64,000 nt of DNA, taken from assembly GCA_964057225.1 (NCBI GenBank), contig OZ059894.1, positions 21,142,001-21,206,000 of the forward strand. Reading direction: 5' to 3'. Origin of the DNA: Auanema rhodensis (Eukaryota > Animalia > Nematoda). Shown piece after piece: positions 38,956-52,707 of the stretch (its first letter is position 1; every line of letters begins with the position of its first letter). The position numbers were made by a program, and so were the translations under genes. Under the pieces are notes generated by a model. It saw only the letters and a list, made by a program, of their open reading frames with translations. It was not told the origin of the DNA and did no database searches.

Positions 38956-41900
38956 AGCTTAAAAATCCGCATCGAATGCACTATACTACATTGAGAAACG
39001 CTTAATACACAAATTAGTTATGATCGTTTGAAAAATGATGCATTAGTGTATGTTGAGTTTCCATGTACACTCAACATTGCTTCCAAAAACATTTTGACAA
39101 AAATTTTTTCGAAAAATTTCAAAATAATTTAGCAAAAAGTAGATGTTTTTAGATTCCATTTTTCAAGGCAAAGACGATAGACAATGTTATTCAACGAAAA
39201 AATTAATTCTTCAGGGTGAAAATCGAGGATATAAGTGTGAACTTATATCAGTTGATATCTCGGTGCATTTTTAAGCTAGCGCAAATCTGATAACACAGAT
39301 CGACGCAGCTTAAAAATCCGCATCGAATGCACTATACTACATTGAGAAACGCTTAATACACAAATTAGTTATGATCGTTTGAAAAATGATGCATTAGTGT
39401 ATGTTGAGTTTCCATGTACACTCAACATTGCTTCCAAAAACATTTTGACAAAAATTTTTTCGAAAAATTTTATAATAATTTAGCAAAAAGTAGATGTTTT
39501 TAGATTCCTGTTTTTAAGGCAAAGACGATGGACAATGTTATTCAACGAAAAAATTAATTCTTCAGGGTGAAAATCGAGGATATAAGTGTGAACTTATATC
39601 AGTTGATATCTCGGTGCATTTTTAAGCTAGCGCAAATTTGATAACACAGATCGACGCAGCTTAAAAATCCGCATCGAATGCACTATACTACATTGAGAAA
39701 CGCTTGATACAAAAATTAGTTATGTTCGTTTGAAAAATGATGCATTAGTGTATGTTGAGTTTCCATGTACACTCAACATTGCTTCAAAAAACATTTTGAC
39801 AAAAATTTTTTCGAAAAATTTCAAAATAATTTAGCAAAAAGTAGATGTTTTTAGATTCCTTTTTTTAAGGCAAAGACGATGGACAATGTTATTCAACGAA
39901 AAAATTAATTCTTCAGGGTGAAAATCGAGGATATAAGTGTGAACTTATATCAGTTGATATCTCGGTGCATTTTTAAGCTAGCGCAAATTTGATAACACAG
40001 ATCGACGCAGCTTAAAAATCCGCATCGAATGCACTATACTACATTGAGAAACGCTTGATAAAAAAATTAGTTATGTTCGTTTGAAAAATGATGCATTAGT
40101 GTATGTTGAATTTCCATGTACACTCAACATTGCTTCCAAAAACATTTTGACAAAAATTTTTTCGAAAAATTTCAAAATAATTTAGCAAAAAGTAGATGTT
40201 TTTAGATTCCTTTTTTTAAGGCAAAGACGATGGACAATGTTATTCAACGAAAAAATTAATTCTTCAGGGTGAAAATCGAGGATATAAGTGTGAACTTATA
40301 TCAGTTGATATCTCGGTGCATTTTTAAGCTAGCGCAAATTTGATAACACAGATCGACGCAGCTTAAAAATCCGCATCGAATGCACTATACTACATTGAGA
40401 AACGCTTGATAAAAAAATTAGTTATGTTCGTTTGAAAAATGATGCATTAGTGTATGTTGAGTTTCCATGTACACTCAACATTGCTTCCAAAAACATTTTG
40501 ACAAAAATTTTTTCGAAAAATTTCAAAATAATTTAGCAAAAAGTAGATGTTTTTAGATTCCTTTTTTTAAGGCAAAGACGATGGACAATGTTATTCAACG
40601 AAAAAATTAATTCTTCAGGGTGAAAATCGAGGATATAAGTGTGAACTTATATCAGTTGATATCTCGGTGCATTTTTAAGCTAGCGCAAATTTGATAACAC
40701 AGATCGACGCAGCTTAAAAATCCGCATCGAATGCACTATACTACATTGAGAAACGCTTGATAAAAAAATTAGTTATGTTCGTTTGAAAAATGATGCATTA
40801 GTGTATGTTGAGTTTCCATGTACACTCAACATTGCTTCCAAAAACATTTTGACAAAAATTTTTTCGAAAAATTTCAAAATAATTTAGCAAAAAGTAGATG
40901 TTTTTAGATTCCTTTTTTTAAGGCAAAGACGATGGACAATGTTATTCAACGAAAAAATTAATTCTTCAGGGTGAAAATCGAGGATATAAGTGTGAACTTA
41001 TATCAGTTGATATCTCGGTGCATTTTTAAGCTAGCGCAAATTTGATAACACAGATCGACGCAGCTTAAAAATCCGCATCGAATGCACTATACTACATTGA
41101 GAAACGCTTGATAAAAAAATTAGTTATGTTCGTTTGAAAAATGATGCATTAGTGTATGTTGAGTTTCCATGTACACTCAACATTGCTTCCAAAAACATTT
41201 TGACAAAAATTTTTTCGAAAAATTTCAAAATAATTTAGCAAAAAGTAGATGTTTTTAGATTCCTTTTTTTAAGGCAAAGACGATGGACAATGTTATTCAA
41301 CGAAAAAATTAATTCTTCAGGGTGAAAATCGAGGATATAAGTGTGAACTTATATCAGTTGATATCTCGGTGCATTTTTAAGCTAGCGCAAATCTGATAAC
41401 ACAGATCGACGCAGCTTAAAAATTCGCATCGAATGCACTATACTACATCAAGAAACGCTTGATACAAAAATTAGTTATGATCGTTTGAAAAATGATGCAT
41501 TAGTGTATGTTGAGTTTCCATGTACACTCAACATTGCTTCCAAAAACATTTTGACAAAAATTTTTTCGAAAAATTTCAAAATAATTTAGCAAAAAGTAGA
41601 TGTTTTTAGATTCCATTTTTCAAGGCAAAGACGATAGACAATGTTATTCAACGAAAAAATTAATTCTTCAGGGTGAAAATCGAGGATTTAAGTGTGAACT
41701 TATATCAGTTGATATCTCGGTGCATTTTTAAGCTAGCGCAAATCGGATAACACAGATCGACGCAGCTTAAAAATCCGCATCGAATGCACTATACTACATT
41801 GAGAAACGCTTAATACAAAAATTAGTTATGATCGTTTGAAAAATGATGCATTAGTGTATGTTGAGTTTCCATGTACACTCAACATTGCTTCCAAAAACAT

Positions 41901-43647
41901 TTTGACAAAAATTTTTTCGAAAAATTTCAAAATAATTCAGCAAAAAGTAGATGTTTCTAGATTCCTTTTTTCAAGGCAAAGACGATGGACAATGTTATTC
42001 AACGAAAAAATTAATTCTTCAGGGTGAAAATCGAGGATATAAGTGTGAACTTATATCAGTTGATATCTCGGTGCATTTTTAAGCTAGCGCAAATCTGATA
42101 ACACAGATCGACGCAGCTTAAAAATCCGCATCGAATGCACTATACTACATTGAGAAACGTTTGATACAAAGATTAGTTATGATCGTTCGAAAAATGATGC
42201 ATTAGTGTATGTTGAGTTTCCATGTACACTCAACATTGCTTCCAAAAACATTTTGACAAAAATTTTTTCGAAAAATTTCAAAATAATTTAGCAAAAAGTA
42301 GATGTTTTTAGATTCCTTTTTTTAAGGCAAAGACGATGGACAATGTTATTCAACGAAAAAATTAATTCTTCAGGGTGAAAATCGAGGATATAAGTGTGAA
42401 CTTATATCAGTTGATATCTCGGTGCATTTTTAAGCTAGCGCAAATCTGATAACACAGATCGACGCAGCTTAAAAATTCGCATCGAATGCACTATACTACA
42501 TCAAGAAACGCTTGATAAAAAAATTAGTTATGTTCGTTTGAAAAATGATGCATTAGTGTATGTTGAGTTTCCATGTACACTCAACATTGCTTCCAAAAAC
42601 ATTTTGACAAAAATTTTTTCGAAAAATTTCAAAATAATTTAGCAAAAAGTAGATGTTTTTAGATTCCTTTTTTTAAGGCAAAGACGATGGACAATGTTAT
42701 TCAACGAAAAAATTAATTCTTCAGGGTGAAAATCGAGGATATAAGTGTGAACTTATATCAGTTGATATCTCGGTGCATTTTTAAGCTAGCGCAAATCTGA
42801 TAACACAGATCGACGCAGCTTAAAAATTCGCATCGAATGCACTATACTACATCAAGAAACGCTTGATAAAAAAATTAGTTATGTTCGTTTGAAAAATGAT
42901 GCATTAGTGTATGTTGAGTTTCCATGTACACTCAACATTGCTTCCAAAAACATTTTGACAAAAATTTTTTCGAAAAATTTCAAAATAATTTAGCAAAAAG
43001 TAGATGTTTTTAGATTCCTTTTTTTAAGGCAAAGACGATGGACAATGTTATTCAACGAAAAAATTAATTCTTCAGGGTGAAAATCGAGGATATAAGTGTG
43101 AACTTATATCAGTTGATATCTCGGTGCATTTTTAAGCTAGCGCAAATCTGATAACACAGATCGACGCAGCTTAAAAATTCGCATCGAATGCACTATACTA
43201 CATCAAGAAACGCTTGATACAAAAATTAGTTATGATCGTTTGAAAAATGATGCATTAGTGTATGTTGAGTTTCCATGTACACTCAACATTGCTTCCAAAA
43301 ACATTTTGACAAAAATTTTTTCGAAAAATTTCAAAATAATTTAGCAAAAAGTAGATGTTTTTAGATTCCATTTTTCAAGGCAAAGACGATAGACAATGTT
43401 ATTCAACGAAAAAATTAATTCTTCAGGGTGAAAATCGAGGATTTAAGTGTGAACTTATATCAGTTGATATCTCGGTGCATTTTTAAGCTAGCGCAAATCT
43501 GATAACACAGATCGACGCAGCTTAAAAATTCGCATCGAATGCACTATACTACATCAAGAAACGCTTGATAAAAAAATTAGTTATGTTCGTTTGAAAAATG
43601 ATGCATTAGTGTATGTTGAGTTTCCATGTACACTCAACATTGCTTCC

Positions 43648-43772
43648 AAAAACATTTTGACAAAAATTTTTTCGAAAAATTTCAAAATAATTTAGCAAAA
43701 AGTAGATGTGAAAAACATTTTGACAAAAATTTTTTCGAAAAATTTCAAAATAATTTAGCAAAAAGTAGATGT
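43648..43772. repeat. 62-bp direct duplication plus one junction G inside a 414-bp monomer (43519-43932)
   Basis: AAAAACATTTTGAC...AAAAAGTAGATGT at 43648-43709, then G at 43710, then the same 62 bp at 43711-43772. The ORF spacing 41836 to 44005 equals 6x351+63, which confirms the extra length. Confidence 0.96.
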
Positions 43773-45687
43773 TTTTAGATTCCATTTTTCAAGGCAAAGA
43801 CGATAGACAATGTTATTCAACGAAAAAATTAATTCTTCAGGGTGAAAATCGAGGATTTAAGTGTGAACTTATATCAGTTGATATCTCGGTGCATTTTTAA
43901 GCTAGCGCAAATCGGATAACACAGATCGACGCAGCTTAAAAATCCGCATCGAATGCACTATACTACATTGAGAAACGCTTAATACAAAAATTAGTTATGA
44001 TCGTTTGAAAAATGATGCATTAGTGTATGTTGAGTTTCCATGTACACTCAACATTGCTTCCAAAAACATTTTGACAAAAATTTTTTCGAAAAATTTCAAA
44101 ATAATTCAGCAAAAAGTAGATGTTTCTAGATTCCTTTTTTCAAGGCAAAGACGATGGACAATGTTATTCAACGAAAAAATTAATTCTTCAGGGTGAAAAT
44201 CGAGGATATAAGTGTGAACTTATATCAGTTGATATCTCGGTGCATTTTTAAGCTAGCGCAAATCTGATAACACAGATCGACGCAGCTTAAAAATCCGCAT
44301 CGAATGCACTATACTACATTGAGAAACGTTTGATACAAAAATTAGTTATGATCGTTCGAAAAATGATGCATTAGTGTATGTTGAGTTTCCATGTACACTC
44401 AACATTGCTTCCAAAAACATTTTGACAAAAATTTTTTCGAAAAATTTCAAAATAATTCAGCAAAAAGTAGATGTTTTTAGATTCCTTTTTTCAAGGCAAA
44501 GACGATGGACAATGTTATTCAACGAAAAAATTAATTCTTCAGGGTGAAAATCGAGGATATAAGTGTGAACTTATATCAGTTGATATCTCGGTGCATTTTT
44601 AAGCTAGCGCAAATTTGATAACACAGATCGACGCAGCTTAAAAATCCGCATCGAATGCACTATACTACATTGAGAAACGCTTGATAAAAAAATTAGTTAT
44701 GTTCGTTTGAAAAATGATGCATTAGTGTATGTTGAGTTTCCATGTACACTCAACATTGCTTCCAAAAACATTTTGACAAAAATTTTTTCGAAAAATTTCA
44801 AAATAATTTAGCAAAAAGTAGATGTTTTTAGATTCCTTTTTTTAAGGCAAAGACGATGGACAATGTTATTCAACGAAAAAATTAATTCTTCAGGGTGAAA
44901 ATCGAGGATATAAGTGTGAACTTATATCAGTTGATATCTCGGTGCATTTTTAAGCTAGCGCAAATCTGATAACACAGATCGACGCAGCTTAAAAATTCGC
45001 ATCGAATGCACTATACTACATCAAGAAACGCTTGATACAAAAATTAGTTATGATCGTTTGAAAAATGATGCATTAGTGTATGTTGAGTTTCCATGTACAC
45101 TCAACATTGCTTCCAAAAACATTTTGACAAAAATTTTTTCGAAAAATTTCAAAATAATTTAGCAAAAAGTAGATGTTTTTAGATTCCATTTTTCAAGGCA
45201 AAGACGATAGACAATGTTATTCAACGAAAAAATTAATTCTTCAGGGTGAAAATCGAGGATTTAAGTGTGAACTTATATCAGTTGATATCTCGGTGCATTT
45301 TTAAGCTAGCGCAAATCGGATAACACAGATCGACGCAGCTTAAAAATCCGCATCGAATGCACTATACTACATTGAGAAACGCTTAATACAAAAATTAGTT
45401 ATGATCGTTTGAAAAATGATGCATTAGTGTATGTTGAGTTTCCATGTACACTCAACATTGCTTCCAAAAACATTTTGACAAAAATTTTTTCGAAAAATTT
45501 CAAAATAATTCAGCAAAAAGTAGATGTTTCTAGATTCCTTTTTTCAAGGCAAAGACGATGGACAATGTTATTCAACGAAAAAATTAATTCTTCAGGGTGA
45601 AAATCGAGGATATAAGTGTGAACTTATATCAGTTGATATCTCGGTGCATTTTTAAGCTAGCGCAAATCTGATAACACAGATCGACGC

Positions 45688-48600
45688 AGCTTAAAAATCC
45701 GCATCGAATGCACTATACTACATTGAGAAACGTTTGATACAAAAATTAGTTATGATCGTTCGAAAAATGATGCATTAGTGTATGTTGAGTTTCCATGTAC
45801 ACTCAACATTGCTTCCAAAAACATTTTGACAAAAATTTTTTCGAAAAATTTCAAAATAATTCAGCAAAAAGTAGATGTTTTTAGATTCCTTTTTTCAAGG
45901 CAAAGACGATGGACAATGTTATTCAACGAAAAAATTAATTCTTCAGGGTGAAAATCGAGGATATAAGTGTGAACTTATATCAGTTGATATCTCGGTGCAT
46001 TTTTAAGCTAGCGCAAATCTGATAACACAGATCGACGCAGCTTAAAAATCCGCATTGAATGCACTATACTACATTGAGAAACGTTTGATACAAAAATTAG
46101 TTATGATCGTTTGAAAAATGATGCATTAGTGTATGTTGAGTTTCCATGTACACTCAACATTGCTTCCAAAAACATTTTGACAAAAATTTTTTCGAAAAAT
46201 TTCAAAATAATTTAGCAAAAAGTAGATGTTTTTAGATTTCTTTTTTCAAGGCAAAGACGATGGACAATGTTATTCAACGAAAAAATTAATTCTTCAGGGT
46301 GAAAATCGAGGATATAAGTGTGAACTTATATCAGTTGATATCTCGGTGCATTTTTAAGCTAGCGCAAATCTGATAACACAGATCGACGCAGCTTAAAAAT
46401 CCGCATTGAATGCACTATACTACATTGAGAAACGTTTGATACAAAAATTAGTTATGATCGTTTGAAAAATGATGCATTAGTGTATGTTGAGTTTCCATGT
46501 ACACTCAACATTGCTTCCAAAAACATTTTGACAAAAATTTTTTCGAAAAATTTCAAAATAATTTAGCAAAAAGTAGATGTTTTTAGATTCCTTTTTTTAA
46601 GGCAAAGACGATGGACAATGTTATTCAACGAAAAAATTAATTCTTCAGGGTGAAAATCGAGGATATAAGTGTGAACTTAAATCAGTTGATATCTCGGTGC
46701 ATTTTTAAGCTAGCGCAAATCTGATAACACAGATCGACGCAGCTTAAAAATCCGCATCGAATGCACTATACTACATTGAGAAACGTTTGATACAAAAATT
46801 AGTTATGATCGTTCGAAAAATGATGCATTAGTGTATGTTGAGTTTCCATGTACACTCAACATTGCTTCCAAAAACATTTTGACAAAAATTTTTTCGAAAA
46901 ATTTCAAAATAATTCAGCAAAAAGTAGATGTTTTTAGATTCCTTTTTTCAAGGCAAAGACGATGGACAATGTTATTCAACGAAAAAATTAATTCTTCAGG
47001 GTGAAAATCGAGGATATAAGTGTGAACTTATATCAGTTGATATCTCGGTGCATTTTTAAGCTAGCGCAAATCTGATAACACAGATCGACGCAGCTTAAAA
47101 ATTCGCATCGAATGCACTATACTACATTGAGAAACGTTTGATACAAAAATTAGTTATGATCGTTCGAAAAATGATGCATTAGTGTATGTTGAGTTTCCAT
47201 GTACACTCAACATTGCTTCCAAAAACATTTTGACAAAAATTTTTTCGAAAAATTTCAAAATAATTCAGCAAAAAGTAGATGTTTTTAGATTCCTTTTTTC
47301 AAGGCAAAGACGATGGACAATGTTATTCAACGAAAAAATTAATTCTTCAGGGTGAAAATCGAGGATATAAGTGTGAACTTATATCAGTTGATATCTCGGT
47401 GCATTTTTAAGCTAGCGCAAATCTGATAACACAGATCGACGCAGCTTAAAAATCCGCATTGAATGCACTATACTACATTGAGAAACGTTTGATACAAAAA
47501 TTAGTTATGATCGTTTGAAAAATGATGCATTAGTGTATGTTGAGTTTCCATGTACACTCAACATTGCTTCCAAAAACATTTTGACAAAAATTTTTTCGAA
47601 AAATTTCAAAATAATTTAGCAAAAAGTAGATGTTTTTAGATTTCTTTTTTCAAGGCAAAGACGATGGACAATGTTATTCAACGAAAAAATTAATTCTTCA
47701 GGGTGAAAATCGAGGATATAAGTGTGAACTTATATCAGTTGATATCTCGGTGCATTTTTAAGCTAGCGCAAATCTGATAACACAGATCGACGCAGCTTAA
47801 AAATCCGCATTGAATGCACTATACTACATTGAGAAACGTTTGATACAAAAATTAGTTATGATCGTTTGAAAAATGATGCATTAGTGTATGTTGAGTTTCC
47901 ATGTACACTCAACATTGCTTCCAAAAACATTTTGACAAAAATTTTTTCGAAAAATTTCAAAATAATTTAGCAAAAAGTAGATGTTTTTAGATTCCTTTTT
48001 TTAAGGCAAAGACGATGGACAATGTTATTCAACGAAAAAATTAATTCTTCAGGGTGAAAATCGAGGATATAAGTGTGAACTTAAATCAGTTGATATCTCG
48101 GTGCATTTTTAAGCTAGCGCAAATCTGATAACACAGATCGACGCAGCTTAAAAATCCGCATCGAATGCACTATACTACATTGAGAAACGTTTGATACAAA
48201 AATTAGTTATGATCGTTCGAAAAATGATGCATTAGTGTATGTTGAGTTTCCATGTACACTCAACATTGCTTCCAAAAACATTTTGACAAAAATTTTTTCG
48301 AAAAATTTCAAAATAATTCAGCAAAAAGTAGATGTTTTTAGATTCCTTTTTTCAAGGCAAAGACGATGGACAATGTTATTCAACGAAAAAATTAATTCTT
48401 CAGGGTGAAAATCGAGGATATAAGTGTGAACTTATATCAGTTGATATCTCGGTGCATTTTTAAGCTAGCGCAAATCTGATAACACAGATCGACGCAGCTT
48501 AAAAATTCGCATCGAATGCACTATACTACATTGAGAAACGTTTGATACAAAAATTAGTTATGATCGTTCGAAAAATGATGCATTAGTGTATGTTGAGTTT

Positions 48601-51600
48601 CCATGTACACTCAACATTGCTTCCAAAAACATTTTGACAAAAATTTTTTCGAAAAATTTCAAAATAATTCTGCAAAAAGTAGATGTTTTTAGATTCCTTT
48701 TTTCAAGGCAAAGACGATGGACAATGTTATTCAACGAAAAAATTAATTCTTCAGGGTGAAAATCGAGGATATAAGTGTGAACTTATATCAGTTGATATCT
48801 CGGTGCATTTTTAAGCTAGCGCAAATCTGATAACACAGATCGACGCAGCTTAAAAATTCGCATCGAATGCACTATACTACATTGAGAAACGTTTGATACA
48901 AAAATTAGTTATGATCGTTCGAAAAATGATGCATTAGTGTATGTTGAGTTTCCATGTACACTCAACATTGCTTCCAAAAACATTTTGACAAAAATTTTTT
49001 CGAAAAATTTCAAAATAATTCAGCAAAAAGTAGATGTTTTTAGATTCCTTTTTTCAAGGCAAAGACGATGGACAATGTTATTCAACGAAAAAATTAATTC
49101 TTCAGGGTGAAAATCGAGGATATAAGTGTGAACTTATATCAGTTGATATCTCGGTGCATTTTTAAGCTAGCGCAAATCTGATAACACAGATCGACGCAGC
49201 TTAAAAATTCGCATCGAATGCACTATACTACATTGAGAAACGTTTGATACAAAAATTAGTTATGATCGTTCGAAAAATGATGCATTAGTGTATGTTGAGT
49301 TTCCATGTACACTCAACATTGCTTCCAAAAACATTTTGACAAAAATTTTTTCGAAAAATTTCAAAATAATTCAGCAAAAAGTAGATGTTTTTAGATTCCT
49401 TTTTTCAAGGCAAAGACGATGGACAATGTTATTCAACGAAAAAATTAATTCTTCAGGGTGAAAATCGAGGATATAAGTGTGAACTTATATCAGTTGATAT
49501 CTCGGTGCATTTTTAAGCTAGCGCAAATCTGATAACACAGATCGACGCAGCTTAAAAATCCGCATTGAATGCACTATACTACATTGAGAAACGTTTGATA
49601 CAAAAATTAGTTATGATCGTTTGAAAAATGATGCATTAGTGTATGTTGAGTTTCCATGTACACTCAACATTGCTTCCAAAAACATTTTGACAAAAATTTT
49701 TTCGAAAAATTTCAAAATAATTTAGCAAAAAGTAGATGTTTTTAGATTTCTTTTTTCAAGGCAAAGACGATGGACAATGTTATTCAACGAAAAAATTAAT
49801 TCTTCAGGGTGAAAATCGAGGATATAAGTGTGAACTTATATCAGTTGATATCTCGGTGCATTTTTAAGCTAGCGCAAATCTGATAACACAGATCGACGCA
49901 GCTTAAAAATCCGCATTGAATGCACTATACTACATTGAGAAACGTTTGATACAAAAATTAGTTATGATCGTTTGAAAAATGATGCATTAGTGTATGTTGA
50001 GTTTCCATGTACACTCAACATTGCTTCCAAAAACATTTTGACAAAAATTTTTTCGAAAAATTTCAAAATAATTTAGCAAAAAGTAGATGTTTTTAGATTC
50101 CTTTTTTTAAGGCAAAGACGATGGACAATGTTATTCAACGAAAAAATTAATTCTTCAGGGTGAAAATCGAGGATATAAGTGTGAACTTAAATCAGTTGAT
50201 ATCTCGGTGCATTTTTAAGCTAGCGCAAATCTGATAACACAGATCGACGCAGCTTAAAAATCCGCATCGAATGCACTATACTACATTGAGAAACGTTTGA
50301 TACAAAAATTAGTTATGATCGTTTGAAAAATGATGCATTAGTGTATGTTGAGTTTCCATGTACACTCAACATTGCTTCCAAAAACATTTTGACAAAAATT
50401 TTTTCGAAAAATTTCAAAATAATTCAGCAAAAAGTAGATGTTTTTAGATTCCTTTTTTCAAGGCAAAGACGATGGACAATGTTATTCAACGAAAAAATTA
50501 ATTCTTCAGGGTGAAAATCGAGGATATAAGTGTGAACTTATATCAGTTGATATCTCGGTGCATTTTTAAGCTAGCGCAAATCTGATAACACAGATCGACG
50601 CAGCTTAAAAATTCGCATCGAATGCACTATACTACATTGAGAAACGTTTGATACAAAAATTAGTTATGATCGTTCGAAAAATGATGCATTAGTGTATGTT
50701 GAGTTTCCATGTACACTCAACATTGCTTCCAAAAACATTTTGACAAAAATTTTTTCGAAAAATTTCAAAATAATTCAGCAAAAAGTAGATGTTTTTAGAT
50801 TCCTTTTTTCAAGGCAAAGACGATGGACAATGTTATTCAACGAAAAAATTAATTCTTCAGGGTGAAAATCGAGGATATAAGTGTGAACTTATATCAGTTG
50901 ATATCTCGGTGCATTTTTAAGCTAGCGCAAATCTGATAACACAGATCGACGCAGCTTAAAAATCCGCATTGAATGCACTATACTACATTGAGAAACGTTT
51001 GATACAAAAATTAGTTATGATCGTTTGAAAAATGATGCATTAGTGTATGTTGAGTTTCCATGTACACTCAACATTGCTTCCAAAAACATTTTGACAAAAA
51101 TTTTTTCGAAAAATTTCAAAATAATTTAGCAAAAAGTAGATGTTTTTAGATTCCTTTTTTTAAGGCAAAGACGATGGACAATGTTATTCAACGAAAAAAT
51201 TAATTCTTCAGGGTGAAAATCGAGGATATAAGTGTGAACTTAAATCAGTTGATATCTCGGTGCATTTTTAAGCTAGCGCAAATCTGATAACACAGATCGA
51301 CGCAGCTTAAAAATCCGCATCGAATGCACTATACTACATTGAGAAACGTTTGATACAAAAATTAGTTATGATCGTTTGAAAAATGATGCATTAGTGTATG
51401 TTGAGTTTCCATGTACACTCAACATTGCTTCCAAAAACATTTTGACAAAAATTTTTTCGAAAAATTTCAAAATAATTCAGCAAAAAGTAGATGTTTTTAG
51501 ATTCCTTTTTTCAAGGCAAAGACGATGGACAATGTTATTCAACGAAAAAATTAATTCTTCAGGGTGAAAATCGAGGATATAAGTGTGAACTTATATCAGT

Positions 51601-52707
51601 TGATATCTCGGTGCATTTTTAAGCTAGCGCAAATCTGATAACACAGATCGACGCAGCTTAAAAATTCGCATCGAATGCACTATACTACATTGAGAAACGT
51701 TTGATACAAAAATTAGTTATGATCGTTCGAAAAATGATGCATTAGTGTATGTTGAGTTTCCATGTACACTCAACATTGCTTCCAAAAACATTTTGACAAA
51801 AATTTTTTCGAAAAATTTCAAAATAATTCAGCAAAAAGTAGATGTTTTTAGATTCCTTTTTTCAAGGCAAAGACGATGGACAATGTTATTCAACGAAAAA
51901 ATTAATTCTTCAGGGTGAAAATCGAGGATATAAGTGTGAACTTATATCAGTTGATATCTCGGTGCATTTTTAAGCTAGCGCAAATCTGATAACACAGATC
52001 GACGCAGCTTAAAAATCCGCATTGAATGCACTATACTACATTGAGAAACGTTTGATACAAAAATTAGTTATGATCGTTTGAAAAATGATGCATTAGTGTA
52101 TGTTGAGTTTCCATGTACACTCAACATTGCTTCCAAAAACATTTTGACAAAAATTTTTTCGAAAAATTTCAAAATAATTTAGCAAAAAGTAGATGTTTTT
52201 AGATTTCTTTTTTCAAGGCAAAGACGATGGACAATGTTATTCAACGAAAAAATTAATTCTTCAGGGTGAAAATCGAGGATATAAGTGTGAACTTATATCA
52301 GTTGATATCTCGGTGCATTTTTAAGCTAGCGCAAATCTGATAACACAGATCGACGCAGCTTAAAAATCCGCATTGAATGCACTATACTACATTGAGAAAC
52401 GTTTGATACAAAAATTAGTTATGATCGTTTGAAAAATGATGCATTAGTGTATGTTGAGTTTCCATGTACACTCAACATTGCTTCCAAAAACATTTTGACA
52501 AAAATTTTTTCGAAAAATTTCAAAATAATTTAGCAAAAAGTAGATGTTTTTAGATTCCTTTTTTTAAGGCAAAGACGATGGACAATGTTATTCAACGAAA
52601 AAATTAATTCTTCAGGGTGAAAATCGAGGATATAAGTGTGAACTTAAATCAGTTGATATCTCGGTGCATTTTTAAGCTAGCGCAAATCTGATAACACAGA
52701 TCGACGC
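45688..52707. repeat. Homogenised sub-domain: 20 consecutive monomers carrying AAACGTTTGAT (C46T), with a loose 4-mer organisation
   Basis: Every unit from 45688 to 52357 has ACGTTT instead of ACGCTT. The recurring types are GCATTG+GATTTC, GCATTG+ACTTAAATC, GTTCGA+TTCAG and ATTCGC+GTTCGA+TTCAG. Confidence 0.88.

Noticed and set aside
4988-51567. Repeated 63-aa ORF MKNDALVYVEF... on the + strand
   Set aside because: It needs a TTG start plus the TTTAG-to-TTCAG and GATGG alleles. It appears and disappears with single satellite variants.
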